Assembly: GCA_951406725.2 (NCBI GenBank)
Contig: OX597830.1
Coordinates: forward strand, 47,616,001 to 47,680,000
Origin: Octopus vulgaris
Lineage: Eukaryota
Reading direction: 5' to 3'
Length of the DNA: 64,000 bases
In this document: positions 12,304 to 24,672 of the stretch, piece after piece
How positions within the stretch are numbered: position 1 is the stretch's first letter
Layout: every line of letters starts with the position of its first letter
Notes under the pieces: generated by a model
What the model was told of the DNA's origin: nothing
The model's database searches: none
The model's input: the letters and a program-made list of their open reading frames with translations, nothing else
Translations under genes and position numbers: made by a program

Positions 12304-13412
12304 AAGTATGATTATGCTTCCAGTTGAAATCACATTCGTCCTGATGCTTCTACCGAGACAACGCGTTCTTTCTTTGACTCGATCCATTCAAACAGTAAAT
12401 CTCTTTCCAACATGACCAAACATGATTTCTCTCTCTCCCCCAGAATCCATTCATTCATTCTTCCAAGCTTGGACGGTTGTCGTCTTTCTGCACATTTCTC
12501 CCATGTTCATTGTTCAAGTTGCGTGACGATGTTTGTTTCGATTTTTTTTTTTTTATCATTTATACATTCGAACACATCTTGTTTAATTTGCTTATGTGTT
12601 TTAAAAAAAAAAAAAAAACCCAGTCCACTGTTTTCTTATCAACTAAAATCGTTTCTAATTAGCTTAATGAAGATGAAACATTTCAGTGAACTCGAAACCA
12701 AATGTAAAGCCTTTGTATCGAGCCACATAGATTTCATACAAATCCATCGATATTTTATTGATTGTTTCTGTCTCCAACACAACACTCAATCGTCTCATGC
12801 CTTTATATAAAGCTGTAAATACAAATTGTCTGCATGTTCTTTTCTCCCTATTTGCCTGTATTTGTTTCATCTGTTTTCCTCTCTCGTAGCTTTGTATTGA
12901 ACCATATTGCACTTCACTTGGTGCATCTGTAAACGGATTTGTTTCGTCGCGTATTTCTCTTGTTCTCCACTGCACCGATGCTGTGTTGTATTACATTATC
13001 ACACAGTATCGACCAGACCTTCCGATGCTCTTACCGCTGGTCGTAATGCGCTTCGAATTCCCGTCTTGATTAGCCTCATTCTTTCCCGTCTAGACCCCAA
13101 ACTGTCTTCCCCCATCGTAGTGGAAGCCTTCCAAGTGGCACTTTCCGAGCTCTTGGATACCACTCAGCAATTGCACGTGTCTATCCGTTGTCTGTAAATC
13201 TTGTGACATGTCCGGCCCCGGCGGGACTTGTTACTTTTGGTTCACTGCGGCCACGTCGTCCATTCCGTTCCGTTCTCCAATGACTTCATCTCCAATGTTG
13301 CATTGCAGAGTTTCGTCTGTTGCATGAAAATGCTACAAGTCAAACAAAATGGCTGCGACAAGGTTGGAATGATTGAGTCACCTGTTAGTTTTGAGTGGTA
13401 GCTAAATTAAAA

Positions 13413-13503
<91 letters not shown>

Positions 13504-13559
13504 AAGAGGGAGAGATAGGGAGAGAAAGAGATAGATAGAGAGAACGATATATATATATA

Positions 13560-13628
<69 letters not shown>

Positions 13629-14214
13629 GGGAAGAGGGAGAGAGAGAGGTGGGGGAGAAAGTATTCCAAAGTTTGGAATTTTATTCCCGGACGTTATCTG
13701 ATAACATTAATGCTACTCGGCACCGCTGTGGGGAGCGATGCTGTCAAAAAGTGCCGAAATCATGGCGATCTCCAATAGCCGGCTGATGAAAGGGATGACT
13801 AGCAGGGCAAGTTGAACGTAAAGTAAAATGATGTTGGGTTGAACTGTATTTTATCATATTTTATTGTTAAATATTATTTCACGCTGTGTTGGATTATCAA
13901 TATATTTAGTTACATTTACATTCATTTCTATGCGTTATGATGTTAAAGTTTGCCGTTCATGATGAAATCAATACCAGTAACCAGTGAAATATTAGTATCG
14001 ATTTAATCAAACGGATCCTGTCCTGTCACAAATAAGCAGTCAATGCCCAAGGTAAATTTTTTTCTTACTTTATAACTTGAAGAGCATAAGTTGAGCGTAA
14101 TTCTAAGAAGCCAGACAAAATGGCCCTAAGCATTCAGTCTTGTCACTCACATTCGACAAAAGAGAAGTTGAATTAATCAACTTGATATGCCTCGACAAAT
14201 TGAACTTATATCTT

Positions 14215-14520
14215 GGGCATGTTGCGAGGCAATTGAAGACGGTCACCGAGGTTTTGTGGAGCATTCATTCTGCAAAACTCTGGGCTTAGAGTTGCTGGTA
14301 TAGCGAAGGGAGCCATAGATTTCATTACTAAAGCTGCAGGGAAGGCCACTAGATGGATTCGGATAAAGAGGGCAAACTGGTGGTTTGCTGCTACTGAGAT
14401 GTAAGCTAGGACTTGATCAACTCCAGCTGGGCCAAATAGGTGAGGGTTCTGATGTTGAAAAACCAGAACCTACCCGAGAGCCCAGAAACGTCTCTGATGA
14501 TGCATCCCAGAACATCCGGG
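14215..14520 (+). mobile_element. 3' fragment of a HERO/NeSL-like RLE LINE
   Basis: CEAIEDGHRGF...(frameshift)...AAGKATRWIRIKR resembles the PIEVGCRGF...AAEKASRWLW C-terminus of such elements. Confidence 0.6.
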
Positions 14521-16159
14521 AGGTGTATCTTGGAACTACTGTACAAAATTGTGAGGAGGAATATTTAAGAATTATTCAACTTGAATGCAACACAAAGCAT
14601 GAATTGCCTGGATCAACAGAAAACCAGTCATCCGTGCTAATTCTAAAAAAGTGAACTATGACATGAGTGGTGTTCATGCCTTTCTAGAAAGACACTAGCT
14701 ATATAATGTAAAGTATAGGTTCTACAACCAGGAATCGAAACGCCAAGACATTCTCTCAGACCTTTAATGGCAGTGTTAGTGCAAGGCATATGAACCTTGT
14801 GAAACCCCTCAATTAAAGAGCATATTACAACACAACAAATTTACATCGATTTTACAACGGAGCCATCAGTTGCATTTGTAATCTTGCAATTCCTGTGTTG
14901 GACTGGCTTTGAATAGTTATTGTTGTTTAGCCCCAGAGCATCCCTGACCGAGCAAACTTATGATCAAAGGCGGGCTTTCTTCAGTCGTCACAGTTCGAGG
15001 GTCGGAGATTAGCATCGTCCAGAGCTTTCTGTTCTACAGTCCGCAACTACTATATTCGACTGTCAAGATTGTACCTGGTTCATATTTAAATAGTAGACAC
15101 TAATCTTTGAGGAAACTTGTGGTGGATTTTGTCGGCAATTAGTAAACATAAACGATTAAAAAATCTAACAAATTGGTTTGCTATAAAGAAGAGAAATATC
15201 TCTGAATGTAGCCTTCGTGAAAACCTCATTCTCTGACTAGGTTACCGATCGAAGCGCTGGATTTCTTTTCCTCCCCATGACAAACCAATTTATTGCACTT
15301 TCGAACTGTTTATATTTATGGGGAAGAGGGTGGCGAGCGGGCAGAATCGCAAGCACGCCGGACAAAATGCTTAACGTCATTTCGTCCGTCTTTGCGTTCT
15401 GAGTTCTAATTCTATCGATGATGACTTTGCCTTTCATCCTTTCGGGGTCGATAAATTTAGTACCAGCTGGACACTGGGGCTGAAGCAATTGACTAAACCA
15501 ATGTCCAGAAATTGCTGGCCTTGTGCCAAAACTTGAAACCTATATCAATGGAGATGACTCACAACCTAAAACGTTGATGAAATGACGAAATGTTATCCCA
15601 AGAGACAACATTTTATATCCTTATGTCCACTTGTCGACCACTTCGCTGTGACACTACTAAAAACACTCGCCTATTCCACAGAGTGTCTCTATGTCAGTAA
15701 TTCTTAACCTCTTCTCTACCAAGGGCCTCTTTATCTAAATGAATTTTGCAACAGATTCCAGGCGTTTAAAAGGTCTGTCTACACACGCCTTCCAGTACTG
15801 CTCTGTAGACCCCACGGGCGAGAATCACTGCTCTGTGTGATCGTTCAACCTGCTACAAATAACAGCCAATTTTTTCCTCAAATTACCCTCAATGTTCTTA
15901 ATGAAAACATAAAACCATGGATAATGTAGTCTGAGATAAAAAAAAAAACTGTCTGAAAAACATGAAAGCGAAAAGAAAACAAAAACTCCTCGAATCGTCA
16001 CAACTGAAACACCTTTGATTTCAATGCAGTATAATAGAATGGTTGAGGACTGCAGGACAGAAAGGAAGTTTGGACGATGCCAGTCTGCGACCCTTGAAAT
16101 TTCACGAGTGTTACTTCGTCTTTGATCGTAAATCTGCTTGGTCAGTGATGATCTGGGAC

Positions 16160-16316
16160 CAGGAGCGGACTGAACCATCGGTCAGTAGGGAATTGCCTGA
16201 GGGCCCGGAATTCTGAGGGGCCCGTACTCTACATGTTAACTCTCTTTGATATCAATGCTAAGGGGCCCGGTGAACAGTTATGCCCGAGGGCCCTAAATAT
16301 TTTCAGTTCACCCCTG
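16160..16316. mobile_element. hAT-type MITE
   Basis: TIRs CAGGAGCGGACTGAA / TTCAGTTCACCCCTG, internal GGGCCC motifs, imperfect 8 bp TSD TCTGGGAC / CCTGGGGC. Confidence 0.7.
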
Positions 16317-17123
16317 CCTGGGGCTAAACAACACCAATAACAAGAACTATTCAAAGCTAGTCCAAAGCAGGTATTGCAAGATTATAACTGAAACTAGACG
16401 GATCCACTGTAAAACGGATCGAATTCAAGCTTCGTTGTAATGAACAGCGAATGTAATTGAGAGATGGGCTTTGCAAGGCTTCTATGGGTTGATGTAAGAG
16501 CGGCGGCGAATAGGATGCCTCGCAGTATTAATTCTGACTCTCTGGGACACCGAGTTAAATTTGCGCCGGGCTTAACTTTGTTTTCATCCTTCCGGAATTG
16601 ATTGAGTACCAGCATTGTACTGGAATCTTCTTCTTCGCTCTCTCTTGCTCACTCTGCATTTCTTTCTCTCTAGAAGAAATCAGGTTACTTGAGAGGTGTA
16701 AAATGCACATGAGGCCGTTTATTATGACGGTGGCCCTACAGCTCCATCAAGAGTTGTAGGAGCCTAATGAAGCAACAGAAATATGTGTTAGGGACGTCAT
16801 ATAAATACATTTTCAATGTCCCCTGACGCCCCATTGCATTACGGGGTTTACAATTATTTTAGTTAAGCTGCATTGTAAAGCACTATGCTTCATTTACACA
16901 GCGCTGCGCTACAATGTCCTTTCTTTATACCGTTTTGTGTTGTAAAATATTTTTTATTCAATGCTTCACAGCTTTTCAAAATGTTTCACTCTATTACTTA
17001 TCAACTAATATCAAACCAAACCAGATCCTAACTGCTGTTTCTCATTTGTTTCTGCTTGTTAAACTTTGTTCATACCATCACCATGTTCGCACACAAATTG
17101 TGGTTGTTAACATCATCACTTAC

Positions 17124-17286
17124 TGAGAGAGACTTGCTGCAGTTTCATTTCTCCCAACACGTCATTCAGGTTCTTGGATGACGTCTGAGGGTCAAACAGC
17201 TTTTAGTTGATAATGTTTTAACGTGAGTAACTTTTTCGAGAAGCGGGCCGCATGAGACACGGCTCATCACCAGGTGAGCAGAACTG
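17124..17286 (-). other. Candidate exon with strong splice sites; coding status unclear
   Basis: Acceptor tttttttttag at 17287 and donor GTAAGT at 17123; all three frames stop across the full exon, but an internal acceptor gives TSSKNLNDVLGEMKLQQVSL. Confidence 0.45.
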
Positions 17287-17777
17287 CTAAAAAAAATTCA
17301 ATATAATTTTTCGTTAGGTTTGTCCATGACTGCTTGAGCGAATCACACGAATTAGTTTTCAAATTTGCAATGGACGAACAGCAGGTTCAAGACCATTGCT
17401 CTGCTATTTTCTCTTCCTTTATTCTCTTGGAATGGTTGTGTGCTTTTTAAAAAGTTCATTTTGAAACCGTGTGATTTCAGGTTCGATCCTTCTGCACTCA
17501 CATGAGATTTAATTATCTTCTACCTTAGGCTTGGAGTCACTGATGCATGTGAGTAGAATTTGATCGACAGAAACTGTGCAGAAGCCCACCATATATGTGT
17601 GTGTATGGATATCAAACTGTTATTAAATAATATATGTAACTCCCACCGAAACTGTTTAGTGTCACTTTTGTTTGTTCACTCACTTGTTTATATCCATCCA
17701 TCCATCCATCCATCCATCCATCCATCCATACATAGTTATTAAGTTATTAATATAAAAATGAAAGCTTTTATATTCTA

Positions 17778-18103
17778 CTAGCACTATGACCCGGCAACGC
17801 CAGGTCATACTGCTAGTGCATGCATATACAGCTGCGTGCGTGCACACATACACGCGAGTACTGTCCAAATCTCCGACCAATCACATACAGCTAGCTGGCA
17901 TTCAATTGGTCTATCAAGTTTCGTGCAATTTGATTGGGTTTTGGATAGAAAATTCACAAAAAAGTTACTTCCATTGATTTTCTAATGGGTTTGCTGGGTG
18001 ACTGGGGAAATGTAAAGATGTGCACAACCACCCTTGGACGGTTTTAAATGACCATAGAAAGTGCGAACCCTCTAACCGAAAAATTGTGGATTTGTATAAA
18101 AGG

Positions 18104-18193
<90 letters not shown>

Positions 18194-18216
18194 TTTGCCG
18201 TTTATATATATAGAGA
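17778..18216 (-). mobile_element. Non-autonomous Helitron
   Basis: Minus strand starts A|TCTCTATATATATAAACGGCA followed by (TG)n, and ends hairpin-TGCTAG|T; same termini as 38227-38612. Confidence 0.8.
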
Positions 18217-18994
18217 TTCTTTCCAAAACAAAACAAACTCGATTGAACTTAACTAATTCTGAATGAATTACATTATTTCATAAGCCAAAAGTCAATAATT
18301 AAAACACTCCATACATATTAAATATTCGTTATCCTTAATGCTTTAATGTAAAACTTATACCAGTAATTAAATAGATAATACTAAAATATCCTTATTAAAT
18401 CAGAAACTAATAAAAGAATATAACAATCATTATTAAAAACTTTGTTACGATTAAAGCTAAATGTATAACTATTTAAAAGATAATATAAAGTATAAAGTGT
18501 TACCACTTACATGTTATCTGACGCACGAGGTTCAAGTCACCTATTTTCTCAAATGTCTTTAACTCTTTTGGTGGCGTAGTACGCAATTAGAGTGACTTGT
18601 AGACAGTCCAAATATAGACAACCTACAATCCAAATCATTAGACGTTTACAAATATTTACTAAGTTGAAGACTAGAAATTACACCATATTTATTTAAAATT
18701 TCCAGCTTCCCACTTAAACAGGCGATTAAACATTTTAACTAATTTACCATATCGATACCATTGTTCTACCAAATATCTTTACAGTTTATTTATTCTTTCC
18801 AAAAATCTATTAGTATTATTTATAATAGTGCCATAACTGATAATCTGGCCTGAAAATCACCATAACCTATAAAAGAAGGAATTCTACTAATGAACCATGA
18901 CATTGAAAATACACACACACACACACACACACACACACCTTCACATTTATACATATATATATATCTATGTATATATACATACATATATAATATA

Positions 18995-19212
18995 CTCTTT
19001 TTACTCTTTTACTCTTTTACTTGTTTCAGTCACTTGACTGCGGCCATGCTGGAGCACCGCCTTTAGTCGAGCAAATCGACCCCGGGACCCACTCTTTGTA
19101 AGCCCAGTACTTATTCTATCGGTCTCTTTTGCCGAACCGCTAAGTAACGGGGACATAAACACACCAGCATCAGTTGTCAAGCAATGCTAGGGGGACAAAC
19201 ACAGACACACAA

Positions 19213-19249
<37 letters not shown>

Positions 19250-19414
19250 CGACAGGCTTCTTTCAGTTTTCGTCTACCAAATCCACTCACAAGGCTTTGG
19301 TCGGCCCGAGGCCATAGCAGAAGACACTTGCCCAAGGTGCCACGCAGTGGGACTGAACCCGGAACCACGTGGTTGGTAAACAAGCTACTTACCACACAGC
19401 CACTCCTACGCCTA
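18995..19414 (-). mobile_element. Full-length tRNA-headed CORE-like SINE with an internal microsatellite
   Basis: Head TAGGCGTAGGAGTGGCTGTGTGG, B-box-like GGTTCAGTCCC, CCTTGGGCAAGT core, tail AGTAAAAG repeats. Confidence 0.88.
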
Positions 19415-19497
19415 TATATTTCTATATCTATATTAGACCGAATGAGATAACAAATCCAAGGCTGTGAGGAGTTTTTAGAACATTTATAATGAAATAA

Positions 19498-19543
19498 TCT
19501 TACAGCTGTTTCTGGAATATTCTGGATATCCCTTCATCAGAGA
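19498..19543 (-). ncRNA. Minimal type I hammerhead ribozyme motif (Penelope-type)
   Basis: UCU CUGAUGA A GGGAUAU-ccaga-AUAUUCC A GAAA CAGCUG UA AGA: intact core, 7 bp stem II, palindromic stem III. Confidence 0.65.
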
Positions 19544-21894
19544 CGGTGTGAGAATATATTGGAGTTCGAATTATTGTGTGTATATACAACGCCTGTGTTC
19601 ATGTCCTGGCCAAACATAATCGATATCTATGGAGATTTTCTCTTTAAAATGATGCATAACCTTCTTTATATATCTATCTTTCTATTAATATGCATAACTA
19701 ACTAATCGTCGAAATTGTTCTCAGTAGGTCTTTCCCTGCTGACTACTAGGTGTTAAGCTTAGTAGTAACCCTATCTCTGACATGAATTTGTGATCTGCCG
19801 AGTCGCATGGATCTGTAGCAAATGCATAAGTGAGGACATGGTTGTTCGCGTCGATATATTCTTGGACAACAGCATTGGAGATTGGCAGATCAGAAACTGA
19901 CACAAATTAGCGGCAGCCAATCACTGGGCTTCTTTTCGAACTTAGAGCAACGGGATAGTCCGCTGTCTCGGGTCTCCAACCGCCTCCTTGATCTCGGTCA
20001 GATTTCGGTAAATAAAATGACGAATGCGATACACGAAGAATGGCGAAGGAGATGTGCAGAATGAGTTCAAAGTCAGCATTGATCAAATAAATTTATGATC
20101 AGATGCTTTCCAGTTAGGACCGTCCTGTAGTTTTAGGGATGTTATTTGCTTTTCATGATGATAGTTGGTTTATGACTTGATAGAAATTTAGTTTGTGTTT
20201 TTTGCAAGTGGAGATCATGTTGATGCTCTCTCGTTGTGTCAAGAAAATCTAGCAAGAAAACCTAACTCTCAAGTGTCCAATCCTTCCAGATAAAAGTAGA
20301 ATAGACACAACTGTCATTGTACAATTCATTACCCTCGGCAGCAGGAGCACTGTAGAATTGACGAAGGTTTTTTTTTTAGCTTGCACTGAATTTGATCTCC
20401 TTGACAGGCTTACTTCTTCTAGATGCATTACACGAAAACAAAGTCTTCAACAGTAACTCAATGGTTTAAAAAATTTTGAGCCATTCTATAATTATATTTT
20501 AATGGCATTAAAACAATCTAGCAGAACCACTACAGTTGACCAATGTCCACCGTGGAGCAGTCAGGTGAAATAGACAAACATTTACAATGGAGATCCAATG
20601 ATTAGTAGTGTGGCTAATTGGGGAGAATACTTGAGTAAGAAGATGTTTCGTGGTCCCGGCGCACAAATGGCGAATGCCTAAGCAGAAGGACGGCGAAGGA
20701 GATGCATTGAAAGATCCCTTCCACAGCGCGAGGTTCATTCCTACGGATATCCAAGAGAAGCGTAGTTGAAGGGCTCAGGATGCCGGAAGGCTTCCACCGC
20801 TTTAAGCTCAAAGTACAAAACTTATCGGAGTACAGCCGGTATTTTGTTGTCAACGAACCTCAGACTGTTAAGTGACGAAGCCTGGATCTGATACGAATTT
20901 CATCAGAGAAATACATTTAAAATTATCTTAAAAATTAGAGAGAAATTTGTATATGCCAGCATGCAACACAATGAGTTCAATAACCATGGAAATGTTCTGC
21001 TTGACTGTCAATCACGTCTGCCCGACAGAAACAGGAGAGCGCCGAACTAAGTACTTGTAGGTCTTTAGTTCCGTACATCTACCTCGGCTTTCGTATACTC
21101 GATGGGACGATTTAATTAAAGCCAAACATTGACTGTGGTCGATCAAGTCAATAATAACTCAACAGATTTTTATCATTATAGTTATCACTACTGTCATAGC
21201 ATCGAAAACTTGGTTTTTAGATCCGCCTGTGTCATTAGCAAGAATGCCTATAGATTTTCTTCAGGACTTGCTTAATCACAATTCGATTTCTTTTGAATTA
21301 AACAGTTCTTTTTTGTTGAATAGTTTGCGTTGAAACCATTCTCCAAAGTACTTGTTAACACCGCACGGGGCCCTAGTATGCATAATTAAATAGACACACC
21401 AGTGGTTAGCAGAATTGTTTCGTTGCTATGTAAAAGGGTATTGTGTCCTCGTTGGAGGACATTGTCTAAGATATCGATTCATGGAAGCAGTTTGTGGCTC
21501 TGTAGCGTTTAGATTTACTGCAGATGGCAGCACTGTGAAAACACTGCGGTGGAGAGAAGAATGATACGATCCAGACAGGAGAGTTTGTGGGGAGCTGGAG
21601 AGAAGAGAATTGCAAGAAGAATCGTGACTTGAGGTAGAACAGAGTTGGAAAAAATGAGTCAGAAAGAAACCGCGTAAGCGCATGGTTCATGGAATGTTCT
21701 GACAATAAACATCTGAATCAATGGATGAGAGAGAGGGGGGGAGACAGAGAGAGATGGAGAATATTAGCAAGTTGGTTTAGCTTGACTTTCTCATACCACA
21801 GACATTCAAAAGCTATGCTTGATATTAAAAGAAGCAAAGTTACTCCAAGTGGAGGAGAAGCAAAGTCGACTCAGGGAGTAATGACGTGCTAACG

Positions 21895-22290
21895 ATTCTT
21901 TTTTTCTTCTACTCTAGGCACAAGGCCTGAAATTTTGGGGGAGGGGCCAGTCGATAAGATCGACCTCAGTATGCAACTGGTACTTAATTTATCGACCCCC
22001 AAAAGGATGATAGGCTAAGTCAGCCTCGACGGAATTTGAACTCAACGTAAAGACCTTATTTCTTTATTGCCCACAAGGGGCTAAACATAGAGGGGACAAA
22101 CAAGGACAGACAAACGGATTAAGTCGATTACATCGACCCCCAGTGCGTAACTGGTACTTAATTTATCGACCCCGAAAGGATGAAAGGCAAAGTCAACCTC
22201 GGCGGAATTTGAACTCAGAATGTAACGGCAGACGAAATACGGCTACGCATTTTGCCCGGCGTGCTAACGATTCTGCCAGCTCGCTGCTTT
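21895..22290 (-). mobile_element. Meta-like SINE, dimeric
   Basis: Family match. Confidence 0.85.
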
Positions 22291-22804
22291 TAAGACGTTT
22301 GTAATATTGCCACGGGAAACAGAAATGAAATTAAAAACGTGAGCTTTAAAGCAGACGTTTTGGCACGTGTCGTTCACAGAAATCTTTTAAACAAAAAGTG
22401 CATAAGGACAAACGTTTTCTTCAAACCTTCATTTCATATGTCCCCCACAAAAAAAAAAAACAAAAAAAAAAACAAAAAAAAATTAAAGAAAAAAGGAAAA
22501 AATAAAAACTGTGAATATTTTCGAAAGAAGACCAGGTTTAGTTTACCAGCTGATGATCGGAAACGAGTAACCCTGAGTACTGAGAATCGGAGCGTTTCAG
22601 ATATGATGCATTAAAGAATACTCTACATACATACATACATACATACATACATACATACATACATACATACATACATACATACATACATACATACAGACAG
22701 ACAGACAGACAGATACATGTTTAGTGTTAACGGACGAAAAAAGTACTTAGTACCATAGCACAGATTAAGAATAATATCTATTTTGGTCAAGAGTCATCTG
22801 TCTC

Positions 22805-22850
22805 TTGCTACTTCGAGTTTCAGCCGTAGGAGCACAGGATCTTCAGGCAA
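22805..22850 (-). ncRNA. Degenerate minimal hammerhead motif
   Basis: UUGC CUGAAGA ... GAAA CUCGAAG UA GCAA; 4 bp stem I, poorly paired stem II. Confidence 0.45.
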
Positions 22851-22939
22851 GTTGTAACTGTTACGAATTGCGTGAAGATCCCATGTACGCCCAGGTGAAA
22901 ATCAGAATAGCAACAGACAAAAGACTCGACCAAAATAAA

Positions 22940-22988
<49 letters not shown>

Positions 22989-23036
22989 ACCGCTCCCAAA
23001 GTTTTTTTAGTCTTTCTTTCTTTATTTCATTGTGTT

Positions 23037-23074
23037 TCTTTCTGTTGAAGAGCGTAGGCTCGAAACGTAAAAGA
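23037..23074 (+). ncRNA. Hammerhead-like motif in a Penelope-type terminal repeat; second copy at 30729-30766
   Basis: UCUUU CUGUUGA A GAGC-guag-GCUC GAAA CG UA AAAGA; core variant A6U in both copies. Confidence 0.5.
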
Positions 23075-23169
23075 CCTTCTCACTTTTCGAGCGTTAAACT
23101 AATACACCTGTTTGTTGTTTATACACCTGTCTTCGTCTTGTGTTTTTCTGTAAATTTCAACTATATATA

Positions 23170-23334
23170 TACCACATTTTAACGTGTATAAAGAAACCCT
23201 TTTTGTCAAAATTTAGGTTTAAAAACTATGGGAGTTTCTTATACATAGATAGTATTATGATCCCTTACAATCCTTTTTTTCCAAATTTTAAGCCCCAAAA
23301 ATCAGGGGGTTCCTTATACAAGTTAAAATACGCT
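23170..23334. mobile_element. Tc1/mariner/pogo-type MITE
   Basis: Imperfect TIRs TACCACATTTTAACGTGTATAA / TTATACAAGTTAAAATACGCTA, in a TA context. Confidence 0.65.
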
Positions 23335-23524
23335 ATATATAAAAGTCCACAAACAATTTACGTATTCATACACAAAAGCAGTGACCTTTAACAGGACACA
23401 TACATGCTGGAAAGGGCAGTTAAAGCCCAAACCACGAATAAGAGCAATTTCAAAGGGAATGAAAATAAAAATAATTTTTGTAAGTATGTATGTATATATA
23501 TATTATATATTATATATATTTATA

Positions 23525-23582
<58 letters not shown>

Positions 23583-23583
23583 A

Positions 23584-23621
<38 letters not shown>

Positions 23622-23678
23622 AATATATACATACATACTTACAAAAATATATATACATACATATATATATATATATTA

Positions 23679-23822
23679 TATCTGTAAAATAATATGTGAC
23701 AATTATTCGGTAGCCAAGATAAAACTTTGAGTTTCGGATGCCTAGGAATTTCCACCTCGGCATCCGAAAGTTAGAGTTTTATCTTGGCTACCGAATAATT
23801 GTCACATATTATCTTATAGATA
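23679..23822. repeat. Near-perfect inverted repeat with ~64 bp arms and a ~16 nt loop
   Basis: ATAATATGTGACAATTATTCGGTAGCCAAGATAAAACT...TTTCGGATGCC is mirrored by GGCATCCGAAA...AGTTTTATCTTGGCTACCGAATAATTGTCACATATTAT. Confidence 0.92.
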
Positions 23823-23912
23823 AATTTCCTCTATTTACATAATATTGAGGTCTCTTTCTTTCTTTTGTTATCTTACCGTTTTTACCAATATATACATATT
23901 ATATATATATAT

Positions 23913-23989
<77 letters not shown>

Positions 23990-24232
23990 AATGAACAAAA
24001 AGAAGAAAAAGACGAGGGGTGCATGTTTTAACAAAAGTAATGTTCTATATCCGAAGCATGGCTGTATGTTATTCAGCAGATAAACCTTAACTGACGAAGA
24101 ACTCAATACAATGTGTAGAGAATCCATCAATCTATCCATATATACATGCAACATGTATTTGTGTGTGCTTGTATACATACTTACATTGGACCCAATGTGA
24201 TCTTCACTAGAATTTAAAAGTTACTTAGCGAC

Positions 24233-24392
<160 letters not shown>

Positions 24393-24552
24393 TCAACAAC
24401 GATGATGATGATGTTGATGGAGATGATGTTACGACGCCGACGCCGCCGCCGACGATGATGATGATGATGGTGACGGTAATGAGAATGATGACGGCGACGA
24501 TGACAACGACGACGTTGATGATGATGATGATAATGATGATGGTTCTCTTTAC

Positions 24553-24672
24553 CTGAGCAGCTCTTTGGGAAATTATCCTTTCGGCTAAAGTTTTGCCATC
24601 GGTAGGTTTTTTCTTTTCCTTTTTACGGAATTTCGGTCCTTTTTTCTTTGGTCGCTGTGCATCCTCCTCCAT
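24553..24672 (-). CDS. Candidate first coding segment MEEDAQRPKKKGPKFRKKEKKKPTDGKTLAERIISQRAAQ (basic, NLS-like), in exon 24553-24855
   Basis: ATG at 24672, donor CAG|GTAAAG at 24552, upstream acceptor ttttttag at 24856 and upstream donor CAG|GTAAAC at 25275. Confidence 0.5.

Noticed and set aside
11866-12327. Gly/Cys/Val-rich or Pro/Thr-rich structural protein ORF
   Set aside because: A frameshifted GGT-based minisatellite with no signal peptide and no convincing start or splice sites.
24553-24672. Resemblance of KKGPKFRKK to PDE6-gamma or squid G-protein gamma basic regions
   Set aside because: Only compositional (Lys-rich) similarity; no conserved C-terminal motifs found.
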